From assembly GCA_937911175.1 (NCBI GenBank), contig CALDSE010000028.1, forward strand, positions 16,930 to 80,929: a stretch of 64,000 bases of DNA, written 5' to 3'. The translations under genes were made by a program, and so were the position numbers. This DNA comes from an uncultured Sediminibacterium sp. (GTDB lineage: Bacteria > Bacteroidota > Bacteroidia > Chitinophagales > Chitinophagaceae). The notes below the pieces were generated by a model, which did no database searches, had not been told where the DNA came from, and saw only the letters and a list, made by a program, of their open reading frames with translations. Of this stretch, positions 63,245 to 64,000 are shown piece after piece (position 1 is the stretch's first letter; every line of letters begins with the position of its first letter).

Positions 63245-63272
63245 AAAAAAGGGAGCCGTTTTCACGGCTCCC
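63245..63272 (-). terminator. orphan intrinsic terminator on the minus strand, upstream of the DUF47-PiT operon
   Basis: Stem GGGAGCCG / CGGCTCCC (63251-63258 / 63265-63272). The minus-strand reading gives the hairpin followed by TTTTTT. No ORF lies upstream of it on that strand. Confidence 0.7.
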
Positions 63273-63442
63273 TTATAAAATCCATAGCTTTCCCCCAAAA
63301 GCTTCTCAAAAGAACTCCATTTGAAGAAATATAATATCCAATTGAGTTACCTATTAAGTTTCGTAATAGGTTATTTCCTATATTTAGGTACTAGAACCCA
63401 TATACTAAATAAGTTATTTACCTAATTTACAATTGATAATCA

Positions 63443-64000
63443 ATGAATTACGCAAAATCTATACTATTTTCCATTTTTCTCTCATTAGTCTTTATAATAA
63501 GGGCTAATGCAGCGATTATTCAGCTCCCAGAACATTTTAAAATTACTAATAGTCCATTTTTAGATAAGATAACTAGTATCCAAGACCTTGAATGCAAGGT
63601 TTTTCTATCCAAGCAAAATGAAATCATTCCTGTAGACGGAACCATTTTTAAAACGAATGGGCAGGAGCTGATAAAGACGAAAGAGAAGCTTTACTTATTA
63701 ATATCGCAAACAGGGGTTATTTATCAATTAGAAGATAAGGTCGATTCTAGCTATTCTTTTCACCGAATTGATAACACTATTAATATTAATTACAATATAG
63801 CGTGTAATAATTTTGTTTGGGACAACCATATTTATAGTTATGGGGGCTATGGTTTTTGGAAATTAAATGGACATCTAAGAGCTTTTAATTTTTTAGACAA
63901 GGAATGGGATATCGTACCCGCTAATAATGAAATCATATCTAATGGGCATAATTGGTTTTCCAAAAATGAAGGTAGAGTATATGTACCCTTTCAAGCTATC
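63443..64000 (+). CDS. hypothetical secreted protein (partial; continues beyond window end), possibly Kelch/beta-propeller-like
   Basis: Absent from the ORF track because it is truncated. ATG 63443 gives signal peptide MNYAKSILFSIFLSLVFIIRANA, and the frame stays open to 64000. YSYGGYGFWKLNGHLRAFNFLDKEWD resembles a Kelch-type blade. Confidence 0.55.
   Translation, partial: MNYAKSILFSIFLSLVFIIRANAAIIQLPEHFKITNSPFLDKITSIQDLECKVFLSKQNEIIPVDGTIFKTNGQELIKTKEKLYLLISQTGVIYQLEDKVDSSYSFHRIDNTININYNIACNNFVWDNHIYSYGGYGFWKLNGHLRAFNFLDKEWDIVPANNEIISNGHNWFSKNEGRVYVPFQAI

Noticed and set aside
63146-63334. 62-aa plus-strand ORF in the DUF47/hypothetical intergenic region
   Set aside because: It spans two hairpins, including a strong terminator stem. 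It starts at a non-ATG codon in the track and has no motif. The region is better explained as RNA structure or regulatory DNA.

Overview
AT-rich chromosomal segment that reads as Bacteroidota, probably a Chitinophagaceae- or Sphingobacteriia-like organism. The signs are a SusC/SusD pair, a T9SS C-terminal sorting domain, a GLPGLI protein, TAnnTTTG -7 promoter boxes and many Sec/Tat signal peptides. I call about 49 protein genes (two truncated at the window edges), one non-canonical tRNA-like gene, and about 12 intrinsic terminators. I found no rRNA, CRISPR array, transposase, integrase or recognisable defence system. Coding content is dominated by secreted or periplasmic hydrolases: two M24, two M20, one M28 and one S41 peptidase, two S12 beta-lactamase-family hydrolases, three penicillin/AHL-acylase (Ntn) paralogues, two amidohydrolases (one fused to TolB-like propellers), an esterase and an asparaginase-like protein. 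There are also Gfo/Idh/MocA oxidoreductases, a DUF1080 protein and a TIM-barrel isomerase, a CstB-like persulfide dioxygenase-rhodanese fusion next to a TauE exporter, an ECF sigma operon, two TonB-dependent-type receptors and a DUF47-PiT phosphate module. All family assignments come from motif recognition by eye, not from database searches. Most worth a second look: (1) two coupled Ddl-like ATP-grasp ligases, one fused to a complete SET plus post-SET methyltransferase domain (43034-45602); (2) a tRNA-Cys-like gene with its own promoter and terminator but a non-canonical anticodon loop (11538-11683); (3) an outer-membrane barrel/GLPGLI gene pair sharing a poly-Gly plus M-[IR]-[IF]-R-M motif, including at both C-termini (53415-57084); (4) a Sus-like locus flanked by an acylase and a serine hydrolase rather than CAZymes (15545-25051); (5) a T9SS-CTD protein coupled to a tail-fibre/C1q-like protein, both with duplicated start regions (3037-4793); (6) an orphan minus-strand terminator and alternative hairpins upstream of the DUF47-PiT operon (63128-63442).
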